DNA from: Phoronis australis | Lineage: Eukaryota; Animalia; Phoronida | DNA length: 64,000 bases | Assembly: GCA_002633005.1 (NCBI GenBank) | Contig: NMRA01000271.1 | Location: 141,588 to 205,587 of the forward strand | Direction of reading: 5' to 3' | Shown: in pieces, positions 26,301 through 41,300 of the stretch | Layout of the letters: every line of letters starts with the position of its first letter | How positions within the stretch are numbered: position 1 is the stretch's first letter | The notes under the pieces: model-generated | Seen by the model: the letters and a program-made list of their open reading frames with translations, nothing else | Databases searched by the model: none | Told to the model about the DNA's origin: nothing | Program-made: the position numbers and the translations under genes

Positions 26301-29300
26301 ATGCAATGTGACACTTCATACATTAACGAAAAGCATTTAACAGTAGGAACAAGAACAAGTCCACCTGCGAGGTTTTTCATATCCCAAATTTTTTTAAATT
26401 CAATGCGTACATTTGCACAACTGGCGGCTACGTCCCACGTAAAATCAAATCACTTGATGATGTCACTGACGTGTTTTTCTGTGATACTAGTTTGAGCATA
26501 GTCTTAACAAGCACCCACAGTGTGACTTGATATCTACAGGGTGATACAAAAACAGGCCTATAAGAATTCTAAATAAACCTTAAACAGATCTATTCATAAA
26601 GCTTCCATCTACGAATGGTCTTTGTACAAAGTTTCAACCATTTGATACAAGTCAGTTCTCCTTGAATTTCCCTGCTCTGTCAAAAAGCATTTGAAACTTT
26701 TACACCAAATTTGTAGGCTCATTTTCAGGTCATCCTGTACATGACGTCATACACTTGCATCCCATGACACTGAATAGATATCATGATGATGTGTTAAATG
26801 GTCACCTATGTCTGCTGATACATTGAAATTAACATTTACCCACAATTCAATGTTAGCAAGTCTGGATATTCCAATCCACTATTGTATTAATCAACCTTCA
26901 AAGTCTCAAAATTATGATGAAAGCAAGCTTGACTACCTAACTAATGAGTAGTCTGTCTAAGAGAATCTTTAAAAACTGCCAATAGATGTGGACGGCAATG
27001 CTAACATTTTCCTTAGTTAAAATAATCAATATCTTAAAATGAAACTTCTTAATTGGAAATCCATGAACTCAAGCATAAGGTTTCAATTCATCACATCCTT
27101 CAACTGCAGATATAAAGAAATGAGTTCTCCACGGTGCTCCAAGAGAAAAATCCAACCAAATTGCAAATAGTGTATTGTGTTTCTATGACTAAATCTTCCT
27201 GTCTTTTAACTCACAAAAACAATGTAACCACTACCAGTAGTTACACACAGACTGCTCACCCAGGGATTATTTTACTTGCGTAGCATCTCACCATAATTTT
27301 TACCATCAGAATATAAAAAAATAAGTACCGCTATGCAACACTAAAATTTCAATTGTTATGCTAAGGAGAAAAAATTATAACTCTGTTTGTATGACTACAT
27401 CTAGGGAGGAGAACACTGATTTACCGACCTTGTTTTTGAGGGGCCAGTGGTGGCTATAATGGGGTGATGTATTGGGGTTATCTGCATCTCCTGGAGATCA
27501 TGTTCAGGACCCTCGTGGGTATGTTGAGACTACAATACAATATAGTCAGGTTAGCATAAATGACAAGACCACGATCGTAACTAAATGCACTTAACAGACA
27601 CAGAATTTCCATACAACTTTGGATTAATAAACAGATTTAAATAACAATGTCTTGATTCAGATTAGGATAGTAACAGCAATCACAGTGGCAAAGTCAAAGA
27701 AGCGACTACTGAAACATGGCATGATTCCAAAACATTGACAATGTTTTTCCACAAACGAAACAAATTAGGTTTCTAGGATATGTGTGCGCACGTGTGTGTG
27801 CGTATACAGGTACGAGACATCAAGTTACATTCATTGATTTCTGTTTTAGTCCAATAATGTCATAACCATAATTTCGTTAATACCATAGTCACAGTCAACA
27901 GTTCTATAGTATTACCCTGAATTATATTTTTCACAATTCTTTCATCAAAAGTCTTAACTTCACAAAACGTGAACTATTCATCTTTCCCTACAATAACAAA
28001 ATAATGAGCAGTTTTAGTAACCACAGTCTGATGAGGGTTTACCTGCATGAATGTACCCACTGGAGAAGGTAGATATCCCGCACCATACATTGAGCCATAC
28101 ATGTGATTGGCTGGAAGGACCGGCTGCGAAGGGTAATGACTGGCTGGCAATGGCAACACAGGTTGGGAGGAGTAGTGCATTGGTTGATGGGGTTCGATGA
28201 TTCCAGGAATGGCTGGAGAACTCTGTACTGCCTGCGGCCTGAAGGGGGCGCAACTGTGTATAAGTCAGTTGGATGACATATGCATAGACATTTGCACATA
28301 CTAAAAACTACAATGTACTGAAAAACTGCTTATATTAAAAAACAAATGTTTACACTAATGCTATGAAAAACTGCTTATTAAAAAACAAATGTTTACACTA
28401 ATGCTATGAAAAACTGCTTATTAAAAAACAAATGTTTACACTAATGCTATGAAAAACTGCTTATTAAAAAACAAATGTTTACACTAATGCTATGAAAAAC
28501 TTGATCACTAGTAGTAGCTATTTATATTTTGAAGAAAACTAAAGTGAACATAGAAATTTTCGTTGATAATATTTCCATTCAAAATCTTATGGCCATTTCT
28601 ATTATAATAGCTCTACGATTGACTAATACAGTAAAATCTCACCAATTTCAGACAAACTTAGTTGAAAAATCCGTCTTTTCCTTTTTCAAAAGCTTCTGAT
28701 GGAAGCTATGGCATAGGTCTTTAAAATTTCCTTAACATGTATTTTGTGCCACTCATGATGGAAAATTAAAAATGAAACTTCACTTGTCAGCCATATTGTG
28801 TCCTAAATTAGTGAGATTTTACCGTATTAAATTGAATTTAGAAAAATTATGTTTTCAATTAAACAATCAATACGCAATACAATTTCAAGACTTAACGATA
28901 ATTTTCACCAGCATTTTTCCCAATTTACAGATTAACACGTAACACAAGACATTTTCCACAGACATCGAACACAGACACAGGAATCGGAAAACATTCTCAT
29001 GAAAATCTTACGAATAGCCAGGAGACAGTAACGGTGTGTGAACGTAAGATTGTCGAGGGGATGGAGATGACAAACGAGATTCAACGCCCCCTTGTGGGTA
29101 GTGGCCAAATGACCTAGGTGTGAGAACACTGACCGCCGACCTGCTGGGTAGGTTAGTAAGCATTAGTCAAAATAACACAACAAACTCCATTGAGTACTTA
29201 CGTGACCAGCCAATCCATCTCTGAACAACTCGGAACATTAACTAATAGAAAAAGCTTCTTCAATATTAGAACACAATACTGAAATGGGGGTAATTTCATT

Positions 29301-32300
29301 TCGTCAAATTTCTAATCAACAACACATCAAAAGAAAATTTTGCTCCATTTAAGTACCATTTGAATTTCTCAATTGTCACCATTGTGCTTTTTTAAAACAC
29401 TGCAAAAGGACAATTACTTCTGTTAGTAATCGATTCTGTTCAAATTTGAAGAAACTTTAATACAATTTTGTTACCCAATCAGAAAGTAAAAGTTGATAAT
29501 TAAGTACAATGAAAATTCCTGTTTGAGAATGTCCCTAATATTGATTTTTGGATATCACCATGCTTCCCAACACAAATGTTACTAAGTGTAAAATTTAATG
29601 TAAATCAAAACATCTTGAATGAGTAATGAAACCACTCCAATACCATCCATTCTAAAATTTCAAACAACAGGTAAATTTGCCATTTGAACAGCCTGCGCAG
29701 GGTGTTCTAAAAATTAGAAATAAATTCTTACGTAAGAAATATTCTTTACTTCTTCAAACTGAAAATTTGTCCCCATGAGATGATTGGGGGCACATACCCA
29801 GTGGGAAGGATTTCTGTTTAGAAGTACCCAGGTCCGAGTATAAGTCAAAGTTCAGAGAAAGACCAGTAGTCCATGGACAGTGAAATACAGCACAGATCAA
29901 AAGTATTCAGACAAAACGACCCAGAATTCCCAGTCATGACAACTGGATGGAAGCCAAATTCACCAATGTTAGAGTAATCTCCCCTGATGACTGAGAATGA
30001 AGGGGAATTAACGAGAAAGTTAGCAAGGTGACAAAGCCATTTTTTTACTAGAATTTGATGCCCCAATAGTTACTACCAGTAATTTTTGGTGTTAACAGAA
30101 TTAACAACCATGACGGAAAATGGTATTTTGTCTGATTGCTTTTGTCTTGCATTGTATGTCAGCAGCATATTAAATAGAAAGAAATGCCACACATTTAAAA
30201 CACAGCATGAAAAAATGTTAACGATAAATAGAAGCTAATTCTACCATTAATTAAGTAACAGTTTAGTGCATTAATATGATTTTGTTATTTCAAAAGAAGG
30301 GGTGTTCATAGACATTTAGTTCAGGCAAATAAACAGATTTAGAAGTTCACAACGCAGACCACCAGACAAAACTTCATCTCTGCCCACAAATACTGAAATT
30401 TAAGGTCTTAGATAATGTCTGTCAAAAAAACCAACGAGACTTTCATATAAAATACCCACTACAATGATACCTTGGCCAGACTCGCAAGTGGTTGCAAGAT
30501 GAAGCTTGGTCAATAAAAAATTTCAAATGCCAAACGATCGGAGGCACTTTATTATAAGTAGATTAGATTCAGGCCAGAACTTGACTAGTGGTAACGAACC
30601 TTCCCCGACCAGGCAGCGGGGGTCGACCCGAGACCCCTGCAGATGGCACCTCTAGTAGCACGCTACTGCCGACCTCTGAGGGTATTGACATCATGGAGCC
30701 AGGTCTCGTCTGATGCGCGTGGTCAACAGACAACAGACTGTCGGATCGGGTCACGTGATCAGGACGGGACTGGAGACATTACAAACAAAACAGTCAACGT
30801 ACAGGTAACGCAACGCAACAAAATTCTTCTGGATACTCAACGCACACGATTGTGAAAGTTGCCTTAACTTGGTCATTAGTCAGAGCAGTCAATGCTTAAT
30901 CAACAAAATTCAATGAAGAAATCGATTGGACAGCTGATAAAAGCATACAAGGGTACTGATAATTTTGCTGCTGAAACACTCTTGTTACACGCATTCCACA
31001 CCAGGGTACAAGAAACTTTCACAAATCAAATACACCACCGACCAACTTACAGGGACTGCCAAAGATCAGTCATTGTAAACATTCTGATATGTTTGACCAA
31101 CTCTTCAGCTAAACCGTGTTCACCAAACTTATAAAATTTAATATGTTTCTGGCCTTGCTAGCATTTTACATACGAGTAAACATAAACCAAAATTATTTAA
31201 AAGCAGTTATGTAATCAGGCGCATTAACGCACTAGGCTCACAAAGCACTCATAATCACAATGTTTTTATGGGAGCGAANACAAAACACAATGTAACCACA
31301 AACAACAGAAACCAATGCTTGAATCAAACTTAAGCAGTTGATCAGTAAATAGTTGTTGGGTGAGATTCAATTAACTAAATCAGTTAAATAAAAAACATGG
31401 AGGATGATTTTTGCTACTACCCTTAGAGGGTGTCTGAGAGCTGTTCGAGTTTTTGGACAGTAGAAGGCAACTTCGTGAAAATTTGGCAGGAGTTCAAAGA
31501 GTGAACATGGCCTATCAAGCTCAAACAAGACTCTGATCAAACACAGACATATTTTCTCCTACTATATGTGGTACAAGAACTTTTACGGACATCGGCTGAT
31601 CTCAGCAATTTTCTTTTTGTCAAGATATCATCCTTCCACATTTTGAGTGTTCAACTTTATCCAATCTCAGTCAATATCAACTTTACTACCAGAATGTCTT
31701 GGGCAATACATTCTCGGAGAAGACACCCGGCAGATGATTATCCGTGTCTCCTTTATCATCAGCCTATTGAGCAAACATTTTATTTGTCTTACTAATTAAC
31801 TGCAGTATTGCACGGTGGACATCAGCATTGTCCACAACACAAGTTATCCTAACGCAACTTGTCTCCCGGTGAGCTGAGCGGTCACACTACGTGCCCTCAG
31901 GCTCGTGACAGTGACAGTGGAAATAGGATTAGACACCAGCAACTGAGCAATCACGCGGCTGGTAATTACTTCTGCCTTGTCTGCAAGTTTGTGTCCAGAC
32001 TATGACTAGCACTGGGGTAAGTTACCCTAGAAATGAGTTTCCCTTCCTGGATATGGTGAGGTAAGTTGTTGCATGTGTATCCAGCACAAATAGCATCCAC
32101 ACTACAACTAAACCTAGAGAAAACTCATCCCAGGAGTAATTTGTCCCAGAATAACTTGTAGTGTAGATAGCACTTTAGTTTACTGTATGCTTGGACATGT
32201 ACAATTACTGGTCTTAATAACAATTTACAATGTTTTGCTGTTGTTTTTATTTTTGGCACCTTTTCCCTTTTTTAGCAATGATGGTAATGCAATGAAACGC

Positions 32301-35300
32301 TCACTCAATGTGTTACAAAATATAGATCGTAAGAAAACTAGAAAATGAAAATGGAAAATGCACTTTTTAATTAACAACTTCATAAGTAATTATTTCAACT
32401 TAAACTCGCAAACAGGAAATAATCACAAACTAACGTTATCCACTGAGATCTTGTTTTCGCATAGAGTTAATACTAATTTGTATCTCACCAGTATGTAGTC
32501 TTTGAACTCAGCGTACCTACAGACATTTCCTCTTTGGTCAACCAACTATTTTTTGCAAAAAAGTTATTATTCCGGATAGTTCCAATCTTCACCACACAAT
32601 AGGACCATCGCGGATTAAAAGGGCGATAGAACTCTTCTTTGTCCCGGAAATAAGAAAGCGCGTGACCTTGTTTTGGAAATCAGGCACATTTTCGTGTCTC
32701 TCATTGATGTCGGGAAGTCGAAGAATTCCAGATCACGCATCCACGGGTATTTGTCCAGTTTTTAATGAAACTTTCTTACACGTACGTCAGAGATGCAGCC
32801 CACAGCACAGCAGTAATGCTTCATTGGCATTGGACAGAGGAGTAGAGTAATGCAACCGAGGAAAACTTGTTGTAAAGAATCCCACAACAAATAACATATG
32901 AAACCCCAAAGGCACGAAAACAAGGCAGCAGATATGCCTGGCAGATGTTTATGGCATTTTGGGTAAATACAGTGAAATTCAAGAGTCGCTCTGTAATTCA
33001 GGATGGCCCTATTGCCACTTTGCGATTATCACATAAAAGCTCAAGACAGCTATTTCCCTACCTTTTTGTCCTGTATAAATGCGAAGCTTATGGTGCCCAG
33101 TGCAAGCTTGGCAGCTTTCTCCTCTTGCATGGATGTGGCTGGAGACTTATAAACCAACACCGAGTCGGGAATGGGTGAGGGGCCTCCTAACATCTCCACG
33201 GTGACCTCGGAGGTCTTGTTGGACGTGAACGGACTCCAGGCTGCCCAGCGCAGTGTTACAGTGCTTGTCTGCGTCCTTGCCATGCTGGCACCTAACTGGA
33301 AATGCCAAGCACCAGGTGATACAAAAGGAACACAAACGCAAACATTAGACGTATAACTCTGGCATTCGACGACCAAAAATCAACTTCCTTTTGATCCAAT
33401 CACAAATTATGGCGGATAAGGCGAGCCAAAAAGGTGAGAATGAAGACATTGTCTTTCTGTATAATCATAGACAAGCATTTTTTTGACATTGTACTTTTTA
33501 CCCGAGTCCTTAAAGCACCCCAGTGCATAATAATGGTAACTTTGTCATGACGATCCAAAATAATTTTAATGATTGTCAAAATGCTGCAAGTTCCCACAGC
33601 TTTAATCCTCATTGAAGTCACACAGAAAGTGAAGATGGCGCTGAACGTTTGTCAATCAAATGCTCTAGCGCCATCTAGCGACAAATCATTTCAAAACATG
33701 ACAGCTTTCAGCCAATAACAAAATATTGAGGGGAGACAACTCACCTTGCGTGCATCATCACCCAGGGGTTCAGAGACAACATATTGCAGCGTGAACACTA
33801 CAGCATACATAGGGTCCTCCACCATGCCCCTCAGTGGGACCCTGTTCCTGAGGACTAATGCTGAGCCAAGACTTTGCCTAGTCAAAGGTTAAATATTTGG
33901 AATGTGTTAATTCATCAATACAGACCTTCCAAGACCACCAGTGAGTCTTTATATGACATTGTAATGTTTATGACCATGCAGGAGCCAAAATTCTTCAAGA
34001 ACTTTTTATTAAATTCAAATTACAAAATCCATGGCATTTTCAAATTCTTGAGGTTAGGAACACATTTACCAATTTTCACATTGATTCTTAGAGTGCTTAG
34101 GCCGATAGGAAAATGGACGCCAAAAACAGACTAAAACATTCGAAAACAGCCACTAGACATCATACACTATGTCAAATCCATCTGAAAATGAAAAGGTGTC
34201 ATGCCTCATTAACAGAAACCTATATGCCAAATTTCATAAAAATCCACCAAGGAACTTCAAAGATACAGACTCGAGGAAAATGGAGAAAAACAAAACTGCC
34301 ACATCATCGTTGCCATCCGTTGTCACCTTCCTACAAATACACTTGCCAAATTTAACCATACTGCTGAGGATTCAGGAGATACAACTAAGGACGCAACAAA
34401 AACAAAACTGCCACTATGAGGTGCTACACTGGTTAGCGCCATCCAAAAATCATCATCGCCACATGTTTTCTCCACAGTAAGAAGTCATAATCATCCTAAG
34501 AGTGGTTCGGTCGATAGAGAGGCAGACACAAAAACAGGATCAAAGATATTAAAAACAGCCACTAGGTGGTGTGTACTACGTTAAATCCACTCGAAAATGG
34601 AAAGATGTCATTGCCTCTTTAATTAAAATCTATTTAGCAAATTTCAGAAAAATCCATCAAGCAACTCCCAAGATACAGAGAAAAAATAATAGGGCCACTA
34701 GGGGGAGTAGAGGTTGTTAGATACGCCCAAAAGTTGTCAACAGATGTCACTTTCATATAAATACACTTGCCAAATTCAACACAAACCCTGTCGAGGGTTC
34801 AGGAGATACAACCATGGACGCAAAAAACTCCCAATAACAGGAGCCACTGTAGTCGAAGTCACCGAAAAACATTGTCAGCCATCCTTTTCCCAGTAGGAAC
34901 ATATCAATTTTCATAATCACCCTTCAGTGGTTTGGCCTATAGAGGGGCAGACAGCAAAAAACACTTGAATACAGTAAAAATGGCTACTAGGAGACGCAAA
35001 ATATGTTTAATCCGTTTGAAAAAGTGAAGGTGGTGTCACCTTCCTAATAGATACCTATTTACCAAATTTCATGAAAATCTGTTGAGGAACACCGAAGATA
35101 CAGACTGCGGCAAACATAAAAAACTAAAATTGCCACTAGGGTGCACACCAGTAGTCGGATCCATCCGAAAATTTGCTCATACCTGCAAAATTTCACAAAC
35201 ATCCCGTACATTCAGGGGTTTTGGAGATAGTGCAGTGGACGCCAGACGGATGCCAGACGGACGCCAGACGGATGGGCATAGATGACGGCATAATGCGCCA

Positions 35301-38300
35301 ACATATAAATATGTGGGCACATAATGAAGTCACAAGCCAACAAACAGAAAAAATGCATAACTATTGCATTTGTGTAAGTATTATAATTTGATAACAATAT
35401 GCTATCTATGTTTCCAATGACTGAAACATGACAGTTGGTTATGAAGGTACCAAGTTACCTTTAGGTCTTTGCAAATATTAAAATATCAATAAATCAGACC
35501 TGCAAGTTACATAAATCACACCCTAATAACAATATCGCTCAATAACAATGACTTACTAAATCATTCTGGAACAAATGCAGCTGAAAATCATAAATCACTG
35601 TCAGATTAGACAACAGAATATTTTATGAGAGAACAAAACTCACAAAGAACTAACGGAGGGGGTCCTCTGATGTCCCTTCTTCAATGTAGCCCCCTTTTTG
35701 TGAGACATGGCCTCAGGGACCAACTGTAGAACCTCTGGATCATCAACATAGCACCAACCATTGTGGACACCAACCTGCAGCAGGTAAACACTTATAACAA
35801 CATTGGCGAGGTTCCAACAGTAGTTATTCCTCCCTCAGGTAATGCAATGATAACATTGACAGTGAGGCATATGTAGTACACAGTTTCTTATTATTTGTTG
35901 ATACATGGTACAAACTAATGCGTAAAGCATGCATTTAGGCCTATGCGCTGGTATCTGTAAAGACGCACAGGCCTAAGTACTGGGTACCTTGTGTATAACA
36001 ATGTGTCATAAACTGGATTTCCAGTGTTTTTTTCCATGATTCTGAGTAGTTTTCAATAGTATACCTTGAACAGAAAACATCAATTTCTACAGTAACTGTT
36101 GCATGACACATATTACGTTTACTCAAACACTATCCTTGGTTTTACTCAAATGTTTCACAAAAAGTGTGTCCACTTTAAATTCGGAAATAGGCACAGCCTC
36201 ACAAACAGACACATGAGTCTAACGCAAGAACGTATCTTCTACCTACTCCGTCACAATGCCACATCTCCTACCCCACTGAAACCACACTTCCTGTCCCTTA
36301 CAGCCACAACCCCTCCCTCTTATAACTACAGCTCCTCCCCCATGTAACCACACTTTCCCTTGTAACCACACCTTCTTCTCCTTGCAACCACACCCCCTCC
36401 CGGTCTAACCACACCTCCTCCCCCATGTGACCACACCTCCTCCCCCCTCGTGACCCATTATGCTCCCTCATACCTGCAGCCGTCGTTCCACTATCTTGAC
36501 CGACGTCCCATCAGCCACCTTGTTCTCCCTGTTAATCCGATCTTCGTTATAGAGCTCGCACAGCTCCTCCTCAAACTTATCAACATTTGGCATGATACTT
36601 AGCACCACCTTGTCCAAGTGACACTCCATGGATCGCACGCACTTGGGCTTCTTCAAGTTGTCGACGTCTTGAGAAAAAATAAAACAAGGATCCAGAGATA
36701 CAGACTAACACAAAGGTATCGCAGTTCCCATTCAACGCAATCCTGAATGCAAGCTAAGATATTCAATGACAAACAATGCGCGTCATTTGGACTACATCTT
36801 TGTATGAGCTTAATAGGATGGAAAGGGTTTTAATAAACCTGCCTTCATTGATGAGCTTATTTTCACAGTTCGAAATCATATCGAAAAGAAGCTCTGTCAT
36901 CAGGTTGCATTTACATGGCCATGAAACGTAGATGGTAAATTCATTTGATGATCCTCAAAAACTTTGTTTTCTGGCCTTAAGACCATTTACATTCTACTCT
37001 CCTCAATAATTTTATGAAATTCCAGTCAATTACCCTTTGTAAATTAACTGATGTCAAACTGTCTGACTTCCAAACATGCAGACAAAAGTAATTTTACATC
37101 TTTCCAAATCTTACAATTATGGCAAAGGCAACAAAAGCACAAACTTTAACTGCTTAAGTTTACAGACAAACATTGCCGCCAGAAACTCAATTGTGGTCAC
37201 AAGATAAAATTCCAATACAGAGTATTAGTGATGCCCATTATGACAAGAATGGAAATATAGAAATTTTCACATCTCTATGCAAATTTACTGAACACGAACA
37301 CGTGTGCATTGACACAGCATGCCTACTCCACAAACCTGGATGTTTTGGATCTTTGGGAGCCTCAGCCATGCCTGGGACTATGTCATTGTTCCCAATGAGG
37401 ACATTTTCTGGCAGTAGATGCATGATTTTTTGTAGGTTCTTATGTGTGCGTATCGCATAAGACACCTGACAGCCGGGCACCATCTTCAAGTGTTCGTTAC
37501 TCTCAATGGGGTCGTCCATATACAACAGAGCTCGTGGGGAACCACCGTACACATCTAACCTGTATGAGTTAAAGGAAACGTTCACTAACAGGGATTACAC
37601 GTTGCTGAGGATTTCAAACCAGACAACTGTACTGTATGATGTAAATTCAACAATGCAATTATGCAAACATTTATTACAAATGAGTTAATATTTAATCAAC
37701 TCTTATCCTCTGATTCAATGATAAAAAAAAACATTTGTTCGACGTTGACAATTAATTCAGGGGTCTGTTTTGAACACAAAAAGCGACAAGAGATTTAAGC
37801 CATAAAATTTGTCTTTAACACACTCCACACAACTATTTCAGAAAAATACTTAAAGTTCACTTGTGCAAAACTCAAAAGTCTTTTAGAATATACACATAAC
37901 TGATAGTTTCTGAGAAAGTTTGTATTAATTATTTCTAGACTGTGAGCGTACGACCAAATTTCTGTCTTAAGTTCTAAGTCACCGAAAAGAGTCAAGCCAC
38001 AGACTGGTGTTAAGCATGCCTACCTTTGCATGCGTACAGGTTGACTGCTAGTTGTGTCCAACATATCCCCGTCGTGTTTAAATAGCCTGAACATTGCCCA
38101 ACCACACGAAGCCTTGACATAGTGTCCTTCACTCTGATCAGTAATGGCTGCCACCTCGATCACAAGTACTATATTCATGTCGTTTAAAGACGTGTGGAAA
38201 TATACATTCTGAAACAGCGCGTCGTACAAAACATAACAACTGTTAAACAATTCAGTAAAATACACATTTGAATAAATAAAATTATGTTAATTGTCAAAGG

Positions 38301-41300
38301 CACGTCAATGTCAAGGATAAGAATTACAGCACGGATTAAATTTTAACAGCTCACGAGATAGCATGATAGTTTCATTGGTCAATTTATCAGACATTGCACG
38401 TTAACTAACTGCACTGAAATAAAGATGGGCAGTTGAGAAAAGGATTATTTCAATATTAACACTTAGAACCAAATTACGCAGCAACGAAATATCCTACTTC
38501 TATTGGGAATGAAACGTACAAACGTGCTTCTCCTGAAAATAACACGGCTCTTCATAGATTCAACGAAATAGTTCATAGCCATGACAGCTGACAGTCAACA
38601 TAACAAGATAAAAATTGTGAACATTCATCCACCATCATAACAAAGTACCTTTGACAGAACAAAATTAAACCTGAGAAAATTAACATTCAGCGTACTTCCT
38701 CCAAGGAAATCATGAATTCACTAACAAACACCTGTTTGTATTTTATCTTTTTATTCTTGTTCACAAGCAGCATTAAACATAAAAAAGTTTTAGATTGATT
38801 TTAAATATTCAGAATAAAAATGGCTCCAGGCCACGAAGAAAGAACACCTCAACTACACGTAGGATAGGACCCACTCTTGCCAATGTGTTTCCAAACACTA
38901 ATGAAAAATAATAGCAATATCAATAATAATAATAATAATAACTAATGATAATTAATAACAGTAACAACAATTATAATAAAAAACTAAAACTAAAAATAAC
39001 TATAATAATAGTGATAATAATAACAACATTTCCTTAACAATACAGCCTTGGTGGATGCTAGAGCTTTTGGAATGTTTTTATAATAGCTGTTAAAACAAAC
39101 CTTACCTGATTATAGTTGAGCCTTGGCTTTTGACCGCTGACCTCTTTAGCCTTCATAAGTGGCCCAGCCCAGGTACGTCCGAAAAACTGTTTATAGGTAA
39201 CATCAAACAAACTGACGTACAGCTGATACTGGACATTGGCAAGAGCATCCTGAAACAAGAATGAAACAGGTACTGGTTATATAAACTTGTCTCAAGACGA
39301 TAAACTCTGATAAGGATTAGTTACCAGCAACAATAACCCAGGCCTCTTTGAAGTGTAATAAAAAATTGCCACATTGAGTAACTGACAACTTCTTCAATAA
39401 AATAACAAAATAGAAAATACTGGAAACAAAGATGCAAGATTCTAAGACAAGACACGTTCAACTCGACCCGTTTCTACTTTGACAATAGATTAGCACAAAA
39501 ACCGACCAGTGACATCAGCGACTCTCATCATGAGCAAAGATCTCAGTTCTCTTGATGTGGACCAGAGCAATTACTACAAATTAGCAATGGCTACACGGCA
39601 ATAATACACTGGCTGAAATGAATTGCAATGTCATAGGCTGAAATTATTGAATATTTTAACTGTCTGACTCCTGAAATTTGAATCATCATGAAACGTTAGG
39701 TCCGGATCATTTTTCTAAAAAGAAATATGACAAAAATCATCCAAAAACTATGTAACTGGATTCACCTTGTCGACAAGTATTGCAGTGTAGACCGACGATC
39801 ACGGTCTATCATTGATTTGAACAATTAACAATAGACTAGATTGTTATCTGCATTTGAAGACAAACCCAGGTCCCCTACCTCCCCCCTCCCCTAAATCCGC
39901 CACTGAACAGTCACAGACAGTTTTACACTTTGTCTAGTGAAACAGAAATTAATTCAACAATCAATGCATACTAACCACAGATTCAGGTACAACTATACCG
40001 ATCAATGACTCCAGTGACAAACAAAACGGACATTTGAGCTCACTCCTTGTCGCAAAACGATTTGATGGTAACCTAACAAACTCATTCTTCACGAAATTAA
40101 TCCAGCTTCGATCAGCATCTTTCTGTCTCGGAATACACAAAGTGACTCGCTTCTCAGTACTCGTTTCTTCATAATCGGAAGATTCTGACATAGTGAATCC
40201 ATCCACCGACTTTTTGGTTTTCTCCGAAGCTTCGGACGTCACTTCTAAGCTGGAGTTCAACAACTCGTTTCCTAAGTTACTGTTTGGCCTGCCATTGTAA
40301 GCCACAGCGCTTCTTGGCGGCCAGGTTGTATCCGGTGGCCATGTTGCCATGTAGTTGGGAGGGTAGTTGGAATGACGTTGCCTTGGCTGTGGTAGAGTCT
40401 GTGGTACATACCCCATGAGAAACATATTGTACTGCAAACTGCCCGGCTTCAGGTATTGACAATAGTCCATATTAATAGTAACTGAAAGGTGAGTACCACT
40501 TGAAATAATATGCCAGCTAAAAGCACCCAACAGATTCAAAACTGCCTTGAGGTGAAGAGTTCAAGTGAACAGTGACTGGCAGGTTCTTCTAATAGTATTC
40601 GAATTCTTTCAGAAACAAGAAAAGTCAACACATTTCATAATTCATACAGGCGCGTAAGTTAGATTTTAAATGTTAACGAATAAGTGGTGTGTATACAAAC
40701 ATCGATTTCAAGATTATTGCTGCATGCAGGCAATGTCTGCAAAATCATTCAGAGCGGAAACAGAAATCAGTTAGGCTAATTGAGCATCTGAATTTCAAAT
40801 TAAAAAACAAGCGTGAAGAGTTAGCACAAATAGTACTCAAGCCCAATTACATACTTGGTAAATTAACTTTAGCACAACTCAAATACACAAACTTATAGTT
40901 ACTCCACAATCCAGGACATAAGCTAGTCTACTTTTAGTCACATTGAAGATTCACAAGATCACGTATCCATTCTGCAACACTCTATGTGATCAAAATCATC
41001 ACTACTAGATGCATCAACTAGAAATCTCGATGGAAACACGTTTTCTTGAACAATATCGTCTTCGATTAACGAGTCAATCATATCCTGTCAAGATATTCCC
41101 TGAAGGCGTGTAAATTTATAAGGTCAGACTGAACATAAATGGGTGGAGTTTGGTAAGTTTGGATTAAGCTCTATTACAAGGAGTGATATAAAACTGATAA
41201 CTGTCTCACAACAACACTGTTATTAAACATATTTAAAACAAGAACCATAAAGTAATAAATCTGTCAATTCAAGATAGAATAGTGCATTGAAGTTAAGACT

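Noticed and set aside
32560-32850. Possible additional NPHP4 exon
   Set aside because: No convincing acceptor/donor pair in phase and no NPHP4-like peptide; the flanking exons already join in frame.
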